In this document: one piece after another, positions 38,700 through 53,115 of the stretch | Layout: every line of letters starts with the position of its first letter | Position numbering within the stretch: position 1 is the stretch's first letter | Assembly: GCF_044704955.1 (NCBI RefSeq) | Contig: NC_091999.1 | Coordinates: forward strand, 47,988,001 to 48,052,000 | DNA from: Pristiophorus japonicus | Lineage: Eukaryota | Reading direction: 5' to 3' | DNA length: 64,000 nt | Position numbers and translations under genes: made by a program | The notes under the pieces: model-generated | Told to the model about the DNA's origin: nothing | What the model saw: the letters and a program-made list of their open reading frames with translations, nothing else | Database searches by the model: none

Positions 38700-39415
38700 C
38701 GAGATATCTGTGCACTGACTAATATCTAATTCCCTCTCCCTCCCGATGTTAACTGTATATTTACAGATGTCTCGATGACTCCCACCTCTCTCGCAGGAAA
38801 ACATATTTACATTGACTGGTGTCTCCCAGTCTCTTTCACTCAAGAAATGTTTGTACACTGCTGGTATCTCTCAGTCCCTTCCCAACTCAGGGAGATTTCT
38901 ATAGACTGGCTGGTGTCCCTCAGTCCCTGCTCGCACAAGAGATATCTGTGCAGTGCCTGGCGTCTCAGTCTCCTCTCTCTGAGAGAGATAGCTATGCACT
39001 GGCTCCTGTCTCTCCATCCCTGTCAAGCATGGAGGTATCAATATATCGACTGTTGTCCTCATTCCCCTATCCCTCATGGCTATACCTGCATACTCAAGAG
39101 ATATCTGGACACTGACGGGTGTCTCTCTGTCTGATGTCCTGAGGAGCTATCTGTACAATGGACGGTTTATCTCTGTCCCTCTCCTTCATGGAGATATCAG
39201 AATATTGACTGATGTCCCTCAGTTCCACTCCACAGGGAGATATCTGTACATTGACTGATTTCTCTCACTCCCTCTCCTTCAGGGGGAGATCTCGACATTG
39301 ATTGGTATCCATATGACTTCCCTCCTCAGGGACATATCAGTACATCGACTGGTGTCTCAGTCTGAAACCCTCATGGTAATATCTGCACGGTGACGGGTGC
39401 CTCTTAGTCCCTGCT
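38700..39415 (+). repeat. Degenerate ~43-bp minisatellite
   Basis: Recurring gagatatctgtacattgactggtgtctc.cagtccctctc units. Confidence 0.85.
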
Positions 39416-41289
39416 NNNNNNNNNNNNNNNNNNNNNNNNNNNNNNNNNNNNNNNNNNNNNNNNNNNNNNNNNNNNNNNNNNNNNNNNNNNNNNNNNNNNN
39501 NNNNNNNNNNNNNNNNNNNNNNNNNNNNNNNNNNNNNNNNNNNNNNNNNNNNNNNNNNNNNNNNNNNNNNNNNNNNNNNNNNNNNNNNNNNNNNNNNNNN
39601 NNNNNNNNNNNNNNNNNNNNNNNNNNNNNNNNNNNNNNNNNNNNNNNNNNNNNNNNNNNNNNNNNNNNNNNNNNNNNNNNNNNNNNNNNNNNNNNNNNNN
39701 NNNNNNNNNNNNNNNNNNNNNNNNNNNNNNNNNNNNNNNNNNNGATTGAGGAGACTACTCCTATATCCTCTAGAGTTACGAAGAATAAAATGTCATATAA
39801 AAACTACAACATTCATCCAGGGCTTTACAGGGTAGACGCAGGGAAGATCTGGCAGGAGAGTCTAGAACTAGGCTTTCACTATCTCAGGATAAACCAGGAC
39901 TTAGATGAAAAGAAATGTCTTCACAGAGGGGGGTGATTCTTTGGAATTCTCTGCTCAAGAGGGCAGTGGAGGCATACTCGTTCAGTATATTCAATGCACA
40001 TGTCGATAGATTGTCGGATAATAAGTGAATCAAGGGATTCTTGATAGTGCTGGAAAGTGCAGTTGAGGTACAAGATCAGCCATTACCATACTGAAGGGCG
40101 GAGAGGCTCGCAGGGCCAAATGGCCTCTTGCTGCTCCGATTTTTTATGTTATTATGTATCCCTGCATTGTGCCTCACTGATTTTCATTTGAATATAATTT
40201 CTGATGTGACTCGTAATGTACATCCACGGTTTTAAGGACTGTTGAGATAGTGTCCACTTGATCCTGAGACATAGCATCACATCCAGCAACAAGGAAAGGA
40301 GATGAAGGTCGGTCTGATTCAGACTGGATGAGCAAGTTGTTTACATTCTTTAGTTACAGTGTGCCAAATGTACATTTATCAAGTGTCAATACACCCTGCT
40401 GTTTCCATCTCCTGACCCTCGCCCCTCTCCTGCATTATGTTATTGCAGACTCTGGTCACCAGTCCCACCATGCAGTGCATTACATGTCAGTACAAAATGA
40501 GATTTCCATAACTTGATTTTGAAATTGTAACTTTTCCACACACACAACTCGAACTGCAAACAGCGCTCATTTTCTCTTCAAGGACATTCCTTTCATTAAT
40601 ATGTTGCTTTCAACATGATATTTACCTATCTACCGAGCTCTCTGTGTGCCCTATCAATATCTATCTTTCAGTCTGTCTATGTATCTATAGATTCTTCTAG
40701 CCCTCTTTGTCTTTCTGTCTAACTATCTATCTGTTAGTCAGTCTGTCAGTCTGTCTATCAGCCTGTCTGTCGGTATGTCTGTCTATCTATCTATGTATGT
40801 ATCAGTCGATCTATGTAACTATCAATCTATTTGGCTGTCTGTCTATCTTTCTATCTGCCTAGCTGGCAGATTATCCCTCTCTNNNNNNNNNNNNNNNNNN
40901 NNNNNNNNNNNNNNNNNNNNNNNNNNNNNNNNNNNNNNNNNNNNNNNNNNNNNNNNNNNNNNNNNNNNNNNNNNNNNNNNNNNNNNNNNNNNNNNNNNNN
41001 NNNNNNNNNNNNNNNNNNNNNNNNNNNNNNNNNNNNNNNNNNNNNNNNNNNNNNNNNNNNATCTCTTTTTCAATATCTTTATTCGTTTATAATTGTAGCG
41101 CCCCCTACTGCTTTCTTAATTTTTTAACGCATGGAATAGTATGTTCTTTAATAATTGTTGCGCCCCCTGCCTCCCTCTGACTGATTTGCCGCAAGACAAA
41201 CGACGCTCTGTATACATTTAGCAACGCCCACTGCCATATGACAGATTTACTGCAAGAGAACGGACACTCTACAAACAAAGATACGAGCA

Positions 41290-43110
41290 TACATGCAATG
41301 ATGGAAAGGTTAAGACCATCTGGTCCATTGAGCCTGTCCCACGCCGCCCGAAACCATGTGATCTCCTGGAAGTAGCAAAAGTCTGATTAAAAACCCAGGC
41401 CAATTTGGGGGAAGAAATTTGGCAAATTCTTCTCTGATCCATCTAGATGATCGAAACTAGTCCAGGTGATTACTCTGGCCTTGAATTCCCTGCAGTACCT
41501 CCCTTCTATAACATGTGATCTCTACCGCAGCCAGAAACATATCCTGCTTTCAATTGAGGAATTCAGTGAGTCTGCATTCATTACAGGAAACGACAGATTG
41601 TACAGTGGTCTACTATCTTCTGGGAAAAGATCCACCTCCTGACATCTAACCTAGATCTAGTCCTATACAACTTAAATGTGTGATATCTGGTCCAACCTCA
41701 CCTATTTAATTGAAATAAACTATCGGTTGGAAAACCTTCTATTTCCTTCATTATTATATAAACCTCAATCAGATCCCCCCTAAGTCTACGCTGATCTAAG
41801 GAATTGAGTACCAACTCATTCAACCTATCTTGGTAATTAAAATGCTTTATACTTGGAAATAGCCTCGTGACCCTCTTGTTCTCCTTTTCAGAGTGTCAAA
41901 ATCACCTATCATGTGAGGAGGACAAAACTGGACACAGTATTCAAAGCTCGGTCTGATTAAGGCCTTGTTCAAGGACATAACAGTAAACGTCCTATTATAA
42001 TCAAAAGTCATTTGGATACACCCCGATGCCTTATTTGCTGTAACTATAACTGCACGGCATTGCTCATGTAACTTTAAGGATGTATGTACTAGAATGCGCA
42101 ATTCCATTTCTATCTGCGCCAACTTTAATACCTTTCCCTGGAGGGTGTAAGAATGTGAACATTTGCCCTAACTACATGCATAAATATGCACTTATCTAAG
42201 TTGTACATAATTTTCCAGTCTTGAGCATAATCTACCAGCACATTAAGATCTGCCTGAAGCAGTCGAGCATCTGCTATAATTCAAAATCTCACTCAGATCT
42301 TGGTATCATCTGCAAATTTAAAAGTTTTGCGCGCAACCCCAAAATCTAGATCATTATTAAAAATAGTAAAACACAATATACCCAACACTGACCCCTGCGG
42401 GACACTACGGGTGACTAGTCTACAATCAGATTCAAATCCATCAATTTTTACTTTTTGACTGTTTCCTGCCAGCCAGTTCTGAATCCAACTCAATATATTT
42501 CAATGTATACCAGAGGCTCCGATCTTATACAAAAGCCTTTTGTGCGGTATTTTTCAAAATGTTTTGGGAAATCTGAGTGGACAATGTCTACTGGGCTTCC
42601 CTGATCCACAAACTTCGTAACTGTTTCAAAAAATACAATTAGATTTGTGAGATACTACCTCTTTTTTATGAAGTCATATTGGTATGCCTAAAATGTCCCT
42701 CCCTATCCAAGTATTCTTAAATCCCTTATGTTTGCTTCAAGCATCTTACATATTACTGATGTTAAACTTATGGGCTTTTAGTTGCCCGAGTCTGTCTTGT
42801 CACCTATTTCAAAAATGGGGTCTGCATTAGTCTCCATCCAATCTGTAGGAACCATTCAAGAGAGCAGTGAGCTATTAAAAATACAGGCCAGCAGCTCTCA
42901 CAGCTCATGTCCTATCTCCCAGAGGACCATCAGGTGGATATCATCCAGCGCGGCTGCTCTATCTATTTTCAAGTTCTTAATTATTTTTACCCTAACGTTT
43001 TTATCTTTGGTAATGCTGCTAACAAAACTACTAGAATTAAATTCTAATATTCGAGAATCATTTTCTAGGGTGAAGACTGATGCAAAGTACTAATGTAATA
43101 TTTCCACCAT
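41290..43110 (-). mobile_element. CR1-like LINE RT fragment (divergent subfamily)
   Basis: '[16 protein letters not shown]', 'LIRPSFEYCVQF'. Confidence 0.88.
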
Positions 43111-43599
43111 TCTTAGTGATTCCTTTGAAACCTGCCCTTGAACACCATTCAGTGGCCCAATACAATCTTTGATAAGTCTCTGATTCACCACGTAAAGAAA
43201 AATGCTGATCCCATTACTGCCACAGTTGTCTACAAACCATTAGTCCATTAGTGTTTGATGATGTGATAGCAGCCATCATTTTCTTTAGCTGTTTCCTGTA
43301 TTCAACCCTGTTTATTTGAGTATTGCATGTTTTAATTGATAAAACACGTTTCTGTTTACATCTTATTTGTCTGTCTAGTTGTACCATCCCGATTATTGAT
43401 TTATCGGATGATGAGGGATATGCTTTATAATTTTAGCACCCCTTCTGCCGTATGACGGTTTGCTGCAGAACAAGGGGTGCTCTGTCCAAAGATAGCACCA
43501 CCTACTACACTATGACTGCTTTATTGCAGGATGGGAGACAAAAGTTATCATTAGATCGCACAACTGCTTTCTCCCATTGAGATAATTTGGGTCTGATTA

Positions 43600-43910
43600 A
43601 GGAACATAACAAACCATTAGAAATAGGAGCAGGAGTAGGCCCTGTGCCTCTCGAGCCTGCTCTGCCATTCAATAAATTCATGATTGATCATCGAACTCAA
43701 CTCCACTTTCCTGCACAATCTTCATATCCCCAGATTCCCCATAGACTCCAAAAATCTATCTACCTCAGTCTTGAATATATTCAGAGATTCGGGATCCACA
43801 GCCCGATGAGGCCGAGAATTCAAAAGATTCACAACCCTCTGAGTGAAGAAATTCCTCCTCATCTCGATCCTAAATGGGCTTCCCCTTATCCTGAGACTGT
43901 GCCCCATAGT
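43600..43910 (-). mobile_element. CR1 3' end
   Basis: 'GHSLRIRGSPFRIEMRRNFFTQRVVNL'. Confidence 0.85.
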
Positions 43911-44260
43911 TCAAAAGAAAACACCAGGAATTGAACTCGGACCTCTATGCTGTGTATGGTTTTATGCCATCTTCGAATGTCCAGATGGAGATTTACATTA
44001 TATTTTCCTTAGAAAGATACGGAAGTCTTTTTTGCCCTGCCACATGCTGCAATATTCATTGGAAGTTATTGTAATGTAGAAAAGGTGAACTCGAAAATGG
44101 CTGCCTTAATTTGTTTGTTTCAATGACCGTAGCTCACAATAAAATTGCATAATCTGATTGGCTCACTGGGGATTAACATTCGGTATAACTAAGGGATCAT
44201 TAGAATGAGCCACAACGCATATTGGAGCTACTGTCTCCAGCAATTCGTTTCTCACAGAGA

Positions 44261-47141
44261 ATGCACGCCCCTGGAAACAGTCCAATACTTGCCATTTACT
44301 ATCCGCTTCTCGCTGCTGTCGGTGTTCCAGGTAAGGTATTACAGCAAGTCATTGGTTGTTAAGGATATCACGGTTTCTGCTGATGATCTGCATCTTTACC
44401 CGATTTGGCATTTTGTGTTTCGAGATTTTGCTTCACAGCCGCTTTGTTCATTGTGTTCTGATGAAAGATCACTGATCTGATACATTAACTCATTTTCTCT
44501 CTCCACAGATGTTGCTTGACCTTCCAGGTTTTCTGGTCTCATTTCAAATCTCCCTGAGTCAGAGTATGTGTCTTCTGTATCCCTGTTCAGTGTGACATTT
44601 TATTGGAATTGTAAAGTTCCCCGGGTGTCCAAAGCAAAATTTATTACAACATTATTCTGCATCAGCGTGACTTCCTGTCCCAGATCTATATTCGCACTGC
44701 CTTCAGCTAATAATCTCTGTTCAAGTCCAAAAGTCGTTATTTTTAAAAAGTAAGAATCGTGTGACTGATGAAAAAATATGAAGTGAACCGATGCGACAAT
44801 GATCGGTCAATAATGTGTGTCTTGATATGTATTTCCCGCCACTTTTTATCAGTACAGTTAATTCTGGTGATCAAACACAGGTTCACAAATGCTGTCGACG
44901 GACAAATGTCCAGAAATGATGCGTGTAAAGGGTTATTAAAATGCATCTATTTCTGACTATTGCGTTGAAACGATACTAAAATCAACTGTGTGGTTGATAA
45001 TGAAGAATAAAGGTGCAGACAGCAGGAAAATGTCTATCAACGGGTCAGGTGGGCAGAACAGTGGCAAATTGAATTTAATCCAGAGGTTTGTGAGGTAATG
45101 CATTTGGGGAAGGTTGACAAGGAAAGGGAATACACATTAAATGGTTCACTGAGAAGTGTCGAGGGACAAAGAGACGTTGGAGTGCATGTCCACAGATCCC
45201 TGAAGTTAGCTGGACAGGTAGATAAGGTGATTAACAAGGCATAATTAAAGCTTGCATTTATTAGCCGCGGCATAAAATTCAAGAGCAGGGGGGGCTTATG
45301 CGTCAACTGTATAAAACACTGGTTAGGCCACAGCTGAAGTATTGTGTGCAGTTCAGGTCACCGCATTGCAGGAAGGAGATGATTGAACTGGAGATTTACG
45401 AGCATGTTGCAGGTAGTGGGGAATATTAGCCACGAGGACAGATTGGATAGGCTGGATTTGTTTTTCTTGGAACAGAGGGGAAACTTCATTGATGTGTATA
45501 AGGTTATGACGGGCCGAGATATAGTGGATAGAAAGGGTCTATTGCCATTAGCAGAGGGATCAACAACCCGGATACATCAATTTAAAATAATTAAAAGTTT
45601 TAAAGGGGATTTGAGGGGAATTTCTTCATGCAGAGTGTTCCGGAACTCACTGCCTGAAAGGATGGTAGAGGCAGAACCCCTCACCACATTTAAAAAGTAC
45701 TTGGATATGCACCATAGGTGCCGTAACCTGCAGGATTACAGACCTAGAGCTGGAACGTGTGATTAAGCTGGAAAGCTTCTTGTTGGTCGAGGGACTTAAA
45801 TGGCCTCCTTCCGTGCTGTAAGCTTCTATGAATCTATGAGTCTATATGATCGAATTTCTGAACTGATTGAATGATTACATGATTGACGTGTGATTTTAGC
45901 CATGCAATTATTGAAGGGATATTCTGAGTCATTAAATGGATTGCAATCAGTGAACGATAAACGGTTGTAGTCACGAAGTTGCACCTAAAACTCCTTGGCC
46001 TGTTCTCACTGTCCTGCGCCTCATTCATTGCTTTAGTCCGCCCATGCTCCTTCACTTTCGCTGTTCCTGCTTCCCTTCCTCAAACATTATTCAAATCTTA
46101 ACAGATCAATCTCTGCCGACAGGTCACTGAATCATTCCCATCGCGAGGCTGAAATATGATCAAAATAAATAAACATCAAGGAGGAGTGATACTTAATGTT
46201 ACTGTTTTCTTTTCTGTCTATTTCCTGCAGCTAACTTGGTGATAATTGTGATCCTGTCCCGAGGAAAGTGCGGTCTTTCCAGTTGTATCACTTGGTACCT
46301 GCTGTTCATGGCAGTGGCAGATCTCCTGGTCATTATCACCGCTGTGATATTAAACCGGATCACTGGAATTTATTTTCAATTTAGTCTGCTGTCCACTACT
46401 CCAGGCTGTACTATAACATCTATCCTAATTTATGTAGCCACGGAAAGTTCCATCTGGTTAACAGTCGCTTTCACCTTCGATCGATTTGTGGCCATATGAT
46501 GCCAGAAACTGAAAACAAAATATTGCACTGAGAAAAGTGCGGCTCTGATTATAGTCATGGTCGGTGCCCTGGCTGTTTAAAAAAACATCACTTCTTATCT
46601 CACTTATGAACCTATGTTCATAACTGACAATGTCCCATGGTTATGTAACATCAAAGTAATATTTTATCGTTCTCCTCTATGGATAGTATATGACTGGCTT
46701 GACAGAATTTTAACGCCATGACTCCCCTTTCTCCTGATATTGCTGCTCAATGCTCTGACCGTCAGACATATTCTAGCGACGAGCAGAGCCCGCAGAAGGC
46801 TCCGGGCCCACAGCAATGGAGAGAATCAAAGCAACCCAGAGTTGGAGAGCCGGAGAAAGTTAATCGTTTTACACTTTACCATCTCGGGCAGTTTCATCCT
46901 ATTATGGACAGTGTACGTTGTAAATTTCTTGTATGTCCGAATTACAAAGAATAATTATTTCTCAGGTTGCAATTTCAAAGACCCAAAATGTATTCTCCAA
47001 GAAACCGGAAATAGTCTTCAGCTTCTGAGTTCCTGCACAAACACGTGTATTTATTCAGTGATCCAGAGTAAATTCAGAGAGGAGTTAATGGATGCGCTGA
47101 AATATCCAATTAATCTCATTATAAAATTAATCAAATTATAA
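44261..47141 (+). pseudogene. GPR139/GPR142-like two-exon GPCR pseudogene (exon 1 44261-44330, exon 2 46231-47141)
   Basis: Exon 1 'MHAPGNSPILAIYYPLLAAVGVP' ends at a gtaag donor. Exon 2 follows a ttcctgcag acceptor: 'ANLVIIVILSRGKCGLS..YL..MAVADLLV...SIWLTVAFTFDRFVAI*CQKLKTKYCTEK...TP*LPF.LILLLNALTVRHIL...QLLSSCTNTCIY'. Three in-frame stops (~46497, ~46578, ~46719). Confidence 0.93.
44975..45840 (+). mobile_element. CR1 3' fragment in the GPCR intron
   Basis: ctggttaggccacagctg..gtattgtgtgcagttc; ORF 45383-45766. Confidence 0.85.
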
Positions 47142-47739
47142 AAATGTATTTTCGTGTTAATTCTGCATTACATCACTCCCAGTGGGCCATCCTGTCCTGT
47201 CAGTTCTGAACCAGCTTTGTTCAGCTCCATCAGCCCCAATAACATGGCCCATCTCGACATCCAAGTCTGAGAAATTGAATATCTCGACATCCACATGCGC
47301 GATATCGTACATCTTGACATCCATGTGTGAGAAATCGTACAACTGATTTGCGTGTAATTAAGATTATATTTTAATCAGAGGGCCTTATTTCAGTACTGCC
47401 GGCGGTTTGTTTCCTCAGAGTAGAATTATCAAACCAATGCTAACAGATACTTTTCCATTCTATCGTGCTCTCATGAATCACCATCGGCTCACTGCATTAC
47501 AACAGTGACGACACTTTCAAAAAGTATTTCACTGGCTGTAAAGCGCTTTGAGACATCCACTCGTTGTAAAAGGTGCTATATAAATCCAGTACTTTCTTTC
47601 TTTCCTTCTTAGAGTCAGGATTATGCGACTATGTGACAACCAGTTGTTATCCTGTAGAGACCGCTCTAAATACCCTTGATCCATAACTCTCAGGACTATT
47701 GCGAGTGGTGGATCATGGCAGCAGTCTCTGTGATCCTGC

Positions 47740-49060
47740 GAAAAATAGAGACAACATTTACAGTCACTTGGACAAGTATGGATTAATTAAAGGACGCCAG
47801 TATGCAGTTGTTAAAGGTAAATTGTGTCTAAATAACTTGATTGAGTTTTTTTACGTTGGTAACAGAGAGAGTAGTTGAGGGCAATGCGGTTGATGTGGTA
47901 TACATGAACTTCCAAAAAGTCGAAGTGCCAGCTAATACGTTTGCCTGCAAAGTAGAAGCCCATAGAGTAAGAGGGAAAGTGGCAGCATGGGTACCAAATT
48001 AGCTGAATGACAGGAAAGAGGGATTAGTGATGAATGGAATGTGTTTCTGACTGGTATCAGTGTTACCCAGGAGTCTTTATCAGGAACGTTGCTTTTCTTG
48101 ATATATATTAATGAATTGGACTTGGGTGTACTTGTCTCAATTGCAAAATTTACAGACGACACAAAACTTAGAAGTATGGTGAACATTGACGCGGACAGTG
48201 ATGGACTTCAAAAGGGCACCACAGTCTGTTGGAATGGACGGACCAGTGGCAGATGAAATCCAATGCAGAAAAGTGTGAAGTGTAACATTTTGGTAGGAAG
48301 AACGAGGAGAAGCAGTATAAATTAAAGGGTACAATCCGAAAGGGCGTGCATGAACAGAGAGACCTGTGATACACGTTCACAAATCGTTGAGAGTGGCAGG
48401 TTGAGAAAGCAGTTAAAACAACAATCGCCATCCTGGGCTTCATAAATAGAGGCATAGCGTGTCAAAGCATGGAAGTTAAGATAATCCCCTATAAAACACT
48501 GGTTCGTGCTCAACTGGATGTTGTATCCAATGCTGTGCATCACACATTAGGAAGGATGTGAAGGCCTTCGAGAGAGTGCAGAAAAATTAGAACAATGGTT
48601 ACAGGGATGAGGGATTTCATTTACGTGCATAGACTGGAGAAGCTGGAGTTGTTCTCTGGTGCAGTGAACCTTGAGAGGACATTTGATAGAGGTATTCAAA
48701 ATCATGAAGGTTCGGGACAGAAAAGACAGGGCGAAACTCTTCCCATTGGCGGAAGATTCGAGAACAAGAGGACACAGATTGAAGTGGACTGGCAAAAGAA
48801 CCAAGTGCGACTTGAGGAATAATTTTTTTATGCAGCGAGTGGTTATGATCTTGAAAGCACTGCCTGAAAGGATGGTGGTGGCAAGTTCAATCGTAGTTTT
48901 CAAAAGGATGTCGGATAGCTACCTAAAGGGGAAAAATGCAGGGCTATGAGGAAAAGGTGGGGTGTGGGAATGGCTGAGGTGCTCTTGCAGAGTGCGGACA
49001 GGGGCTCCACAGGCCGAAATGTGTCCATTTATGCTGTAACCCATTCTATGATTCTATGAT
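47740..49060 (+). mobile_element. CR1 RT/3' fragment
   Basis: 'KFTDDTKL', 'RGHLIEVFKIMK...RTRGHRL'; attctatgattctatga tail. Confidence 0.88.
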
Positions 49061-50964
49061 CCTGCACCAGCCACAATATAATGATATGATGGTACGATAT
49101 GGGCGCTATTTCAACGTCACCAACAACACCTTAAAATTTTAATTCTATTTCCCATTGCAAGCTGCTATACTCAGTGAAGTGAGCAACTGTTTGGCAGGGA
49201 GGTATAACAGAAAGTAAAGAAGCATTGCGTGCAATTCTTTTCCTGGTAAAAGGCACCAAATTCTTTAATTGGGTAACAGCGTTTGAATAGGATTGACGAA
49301 TCGTCACGATGTACTTACTCTACTCCCTCTCATGTGAATTTGGCGCATCACTCAGAATACCACTCAGTAACAATGAAGGAGGAGATATACAGATTTTGGA
49401 GGAGCATTTCTCTGGGTAGTATTTCTGAATGGTAATTCAAGCCTCCCTCACAACTGCACCCCACTTGTTCAAAATAAGAAAATATTCGGGGATGCAATTT
49501 AACCATTCAACGTTATGAACATTGCAAAAGAAGAAATTGGAATTAGGAAATAGAGTGAACAAGAGAAAGTGTGAGAGAGGAGAGAAAGATTGAAATGGAG
49601 AAAGAACAAGAAGCGTAAGAGAATAAAATAAGATAATAGTAAAGGAAAGGAAAAATGACAGAAATCAAGAAATGTTTTACTTTATAATTGTCCTTCTATA
49701 CTCGCTGTTTCTCTTAGATGTTTGTATTTATTCTCGAGATATGGGCGTAGATGGCAAGGCCGGAATTTTTTGTGCATTACTGGCTGCCCTTGAAAAAGTG
49801 TTGGTGGGCTTTCTCCTTGCACCGCTGCAGTCCATGTGGTGAATGTGATGTCACGTAGGAAGTTCCAGTATTTCAACCCATGGACAATAAAGTAACAACG
49901 ATAAATGAAAATTCCGGATGGTGCTTGACTTATAGAATCACACAATAATACAGCATTGAAGGAGGCCGTCTGACCAATCGTGTCTGTGCTCGCTCTGTGA
50001 AAGAACCTTCTCCAATCTACTCCTTCCATTAACCCCGCTGTGTTTTGGTCGACACGAATACGCTTCTTCTAATGAGTTGCAGTAAAGAGACTTGCAGCAT
50101 GATTCAACGGGAATTGGAGCATTGCTGTGGGACTACGGTCCCGTACGTAGAATGATACAACACCTAAGGACGCCGTTACGACCTTTGTGCCTGTGCCTCC
50201 TCTTTGCAAGAGCTGTTCAATTAGTCCCACACATTTGCATTCCGCCATAGAAATGTTCGTTTATTCGTTCAAGTGTTTACACAATTCGATTTTGAACGTT
50301 GCTACTGACTCTGCTTCCTCCACCCTTTCAGGCTCTGCATTGCGGATCAAAGCAACTCGCTGGGTAAAATAATGTTTCCTCGTGTCATCTGTGGTTCCTT
50401 TCCCAATTACCTTAAATCTTTGTCCTTTGGTTACCGACCCTTCTGCTAGTGGAAAGAGTTTCCCTAATTTAATCTCTCAAAACTCTTCATAATTTTGAAC
50501 AACTCTATTAAATCTCTTCTTAACTTTCTCTGTTTTAATGAGATCAATGCCAGCTTCTCCAGTCCCTCCACAAAATCCCCACATCCCTGATATGAAAACA
50601 AATTAAACATGGTGTTTTAAAAGTTCCCTCAATTACAATATTGCTTTATTGAATCGCTCGATGACAGATATCTTCTTGGTTTGGTCTGTGGCTTCCCTAG
50701 AATCTTTTACATAGTCGAGCAGTTTGAAGCACCGTGATTCTCAGTCAACAGAAATAAACGGCGCTGTATTCATTTTCTGAATTGACAAAGGAAAAATTAA
50801 TATTCATTTAAATGACGAGCACCGAATTTTCCTCTTGCAAAATCGGCACCAATTTCTCTGATGTTATTGCGGTATAAGGTAAACTGCGTTGTCGGGATCG
50901 GGTGCAGGCGTACCAGTAACGATCTGGATCTTCGGAACTGGTGTTGTAAGTGCATTTATTTCAG

Positions 50965-51282
50965 GTTTTTCTCCTTCATATACCGTCATCTCATATTGAG
51001 GCTGCATTACCGAACTCCATTGAATTTTACCTGTAAAGTTTATTTAGATCATCATTTAATGTCCTTCTTAATTAGCACAATTTAAACCAGCACAGGGAAC
51101 ACTTACCACAACCTACCTGCGATCGAGATTATTCTGGTGAAATACATCGGCTATTATGAAGGTAATATATTTTGCCAGAGACGTTTCTCTGCAGATCTCT
51201 AAATTGTGACTAAGTTTACCGGTTTAACCATCTCTGGGCTGCAGATGACTGGACCTGCAGTTTATTAACGTGCCCTGGCACT
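50965..51282 (+). pseudogene. T-cell receptor alpha/delta-like V segment pseudogene
   Basis: Candidate acceptor tttcag at 50964. The 3' part reads 'EIILVKYIGYYEGNIFCQRRFSADL*IVTKFTGLTISGLQMTGPAVY*RALA', matching the shark TCR Valpha/delta FR3 pattern RFSAELQ...LTISGLQLTDSAVYYCAL, and abuts an RSS. The 5' half is heavily decayed. Confidence 0.8.
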
Positions 51283-51321
51283 CACAGTGATGGAACTCAG
51301 TTCAACTCTCATACAGAACCT
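51283..51321 (+). promoter_or_regulatory. Recombination signal sequence with 23-bp spacer
   Basis: Heptamer CACAGTG (51283-51289), 23-nt spacer (51290-51312), nonamer-like ACAGAACCT (51313-51321). Confidence 0.82.
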
Positions 51322-52017
51322 CCCGCCACTTTGTAGATCTTGGCTCCGACTGCTGAAGTCGTATATAACGGCGGGCAGATCCTGCCACATTGTTTCCTGT
51401 GAGCCAACACACACTGAGATGGACCCAAAGGACAGTCTCCTGTATGAAGGGCTCACAATAAACTGATTTCTTGATACTCGTGGCAATGTCCTGCAGAGCC
51501 AATCAATTGGGCAGGTTGAGTATCTTAGCGACATGCACGAAGCAGAAGCCAACTGGTTGCAGCTAAAGTTAATTGTGAGAACAGAATGACAACATTCGCT
51601 GGCATCGCCTCGGATCTAGAATCAGAATATTAAGCCTGTGCTGGCACTTTGAAAGAGCTATCGTATTAGTCCCACTCTTTTCCTAAAGCCCTGCAATTTT
51701 CTCCCTTTAGATTTAACTAATTCCCTTTTGAAAGTTAATATTAATTCTTTTCCCCAATCTTTCACGTAGTATATTCCTGATCATAACTGCATCAATAAAT
51801 TCGGCCCTTTTCACCTCAGGCTCCTTTTCCAATTTGCTTAAATCAGAAATCAAACATCAGGAAATATGTTTGTCCCTGGTACTAACTTCAACTGAGTTGC
51901 GTAGCTGGATTCCGTGGATGACGCCATAATCCCTCGCATACATCATAGAACAGTGATTGGCTGTTTCTTCGAAGGTTACTGCTGTATCCGTAGGAGTTGT
52001 TCACTGATTTCACGTTG

Positions 52018-52270
52018 ATAGTATCAGAAGGAATGGCGCAGAGCAGGAAGACAGGATCCTCAGAGTGATGTTCAGTGAGTTCAGCGAGATGGTATAAAAG
52101 GGAATGAAGCAGAGCAGGGAGGCAGGATCCCTAGGAAGATGTTCAGTGAGTTCAGGGAGATGGTATCAGAAGGAATGGAGCATAGCAGTGAGAACAAATC
52201 TGTGGGTGATGTTCAGTGAGTTAAGCGAGATGGTATCAGAGGGAATAGTGCAGAGCAGACAGAAAGGCAG
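52018..52270 (+). repeat. ~70-bp tandem repeat, ~3.5 copies
   Basis: gatggtatcagaaggaat...gatgttcagtgagtt at ~52018, 52088, 52159 and 52229. Confidence 0.85.
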
Positions 52271-52294
52271 TCCGGGGATGAGGTGACAGCGGGT

Positions 52295-53115
52295 CGTGTT
52301 TAACGTGAGCTCATGCACTTTGGCAGAAAAAAATCAAAGAGACAGTTATTATTTAAATGGAAAAAGATTGCAAAGTGCCGCACTTCAGCGGGACCTGAGG
52401 GTACTTGTGCATGAAGCACAAAAGGATGATATGCAGGTACAGCGAATGATCAGTAAGGCCATTGGCATCTTGGCCATTATTGTGAAGAGAATGGAGTATA
52501 AAAGCAGGGAAGTCTTGCTACAGTTATACAGGATATTGGGGAGGCCACACCTGGAACTGTGTGCGGTTTTGGTTCACAAATTTATGAAAGGATATACTTG
52601 CTTTGGAGGCAGTTCAGAGAAGGTTCACTCGGATGATTCCGGAGATGAGGGGGTTGACTTATGAGGAAAGGTTGAGTAGTTTGGGCCTCGACTTATTGGA
52701 ATTCAGAAGAATGAGAAGTGATCTTATCGAAATGTATCAGATTATGAGGGGGCTTGACAAGGTGGATGCAGAGAGGATGTTTGCACTGATGGGGGAGATT
52801 AGAACTGGAGGGCATGATCTTAAAATATGGGGCCGCCCAATTAAAACAGAGATGAGGAGAAATTTCCTCTCTAAGAGCGTTGTAAATGTCTGGACTTCGC
52901 TGCCTCAGAGAGCCGTGGAAGCTGGGACATTGAATAACCTTAAGATAGAAATAGACAGTGTTTTAAACGATAAGGGGCTATGGGGAGCAGGCAGGAAAGT
53001 GGAGCTCAGTCTATTATCATAACAGCCATGATATTATTGAATGGCAGAGCAGGGTCGAGGTGCAGTATGGCCTACTCCTGTTCCAATTTCTTATATTCTT
53101 ATGTTTTTATGTATG
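52295..53115 (+). mobile_element. CR1 3' fragment
   Basis: ORFs 52296-52664 and 52603-53022. Confidence 0.92.

Noticed and set aside
47271-47340. 30-bp triplet repeat downstream of the GPR139-like stop
   Set aside because: Ordinary short tandem duplication with no evidence of function.
49340-49400. Faint V FR1-like peptide (ITQ..SVTMKE)
   Set aside because: Too short; no Cys/Trp or RSS support.
51265-51552. Minus-strand ORFs overlapping the RSS
   Set aside because: No credible motif; better explained as the RSS and its flank on the plus strand.
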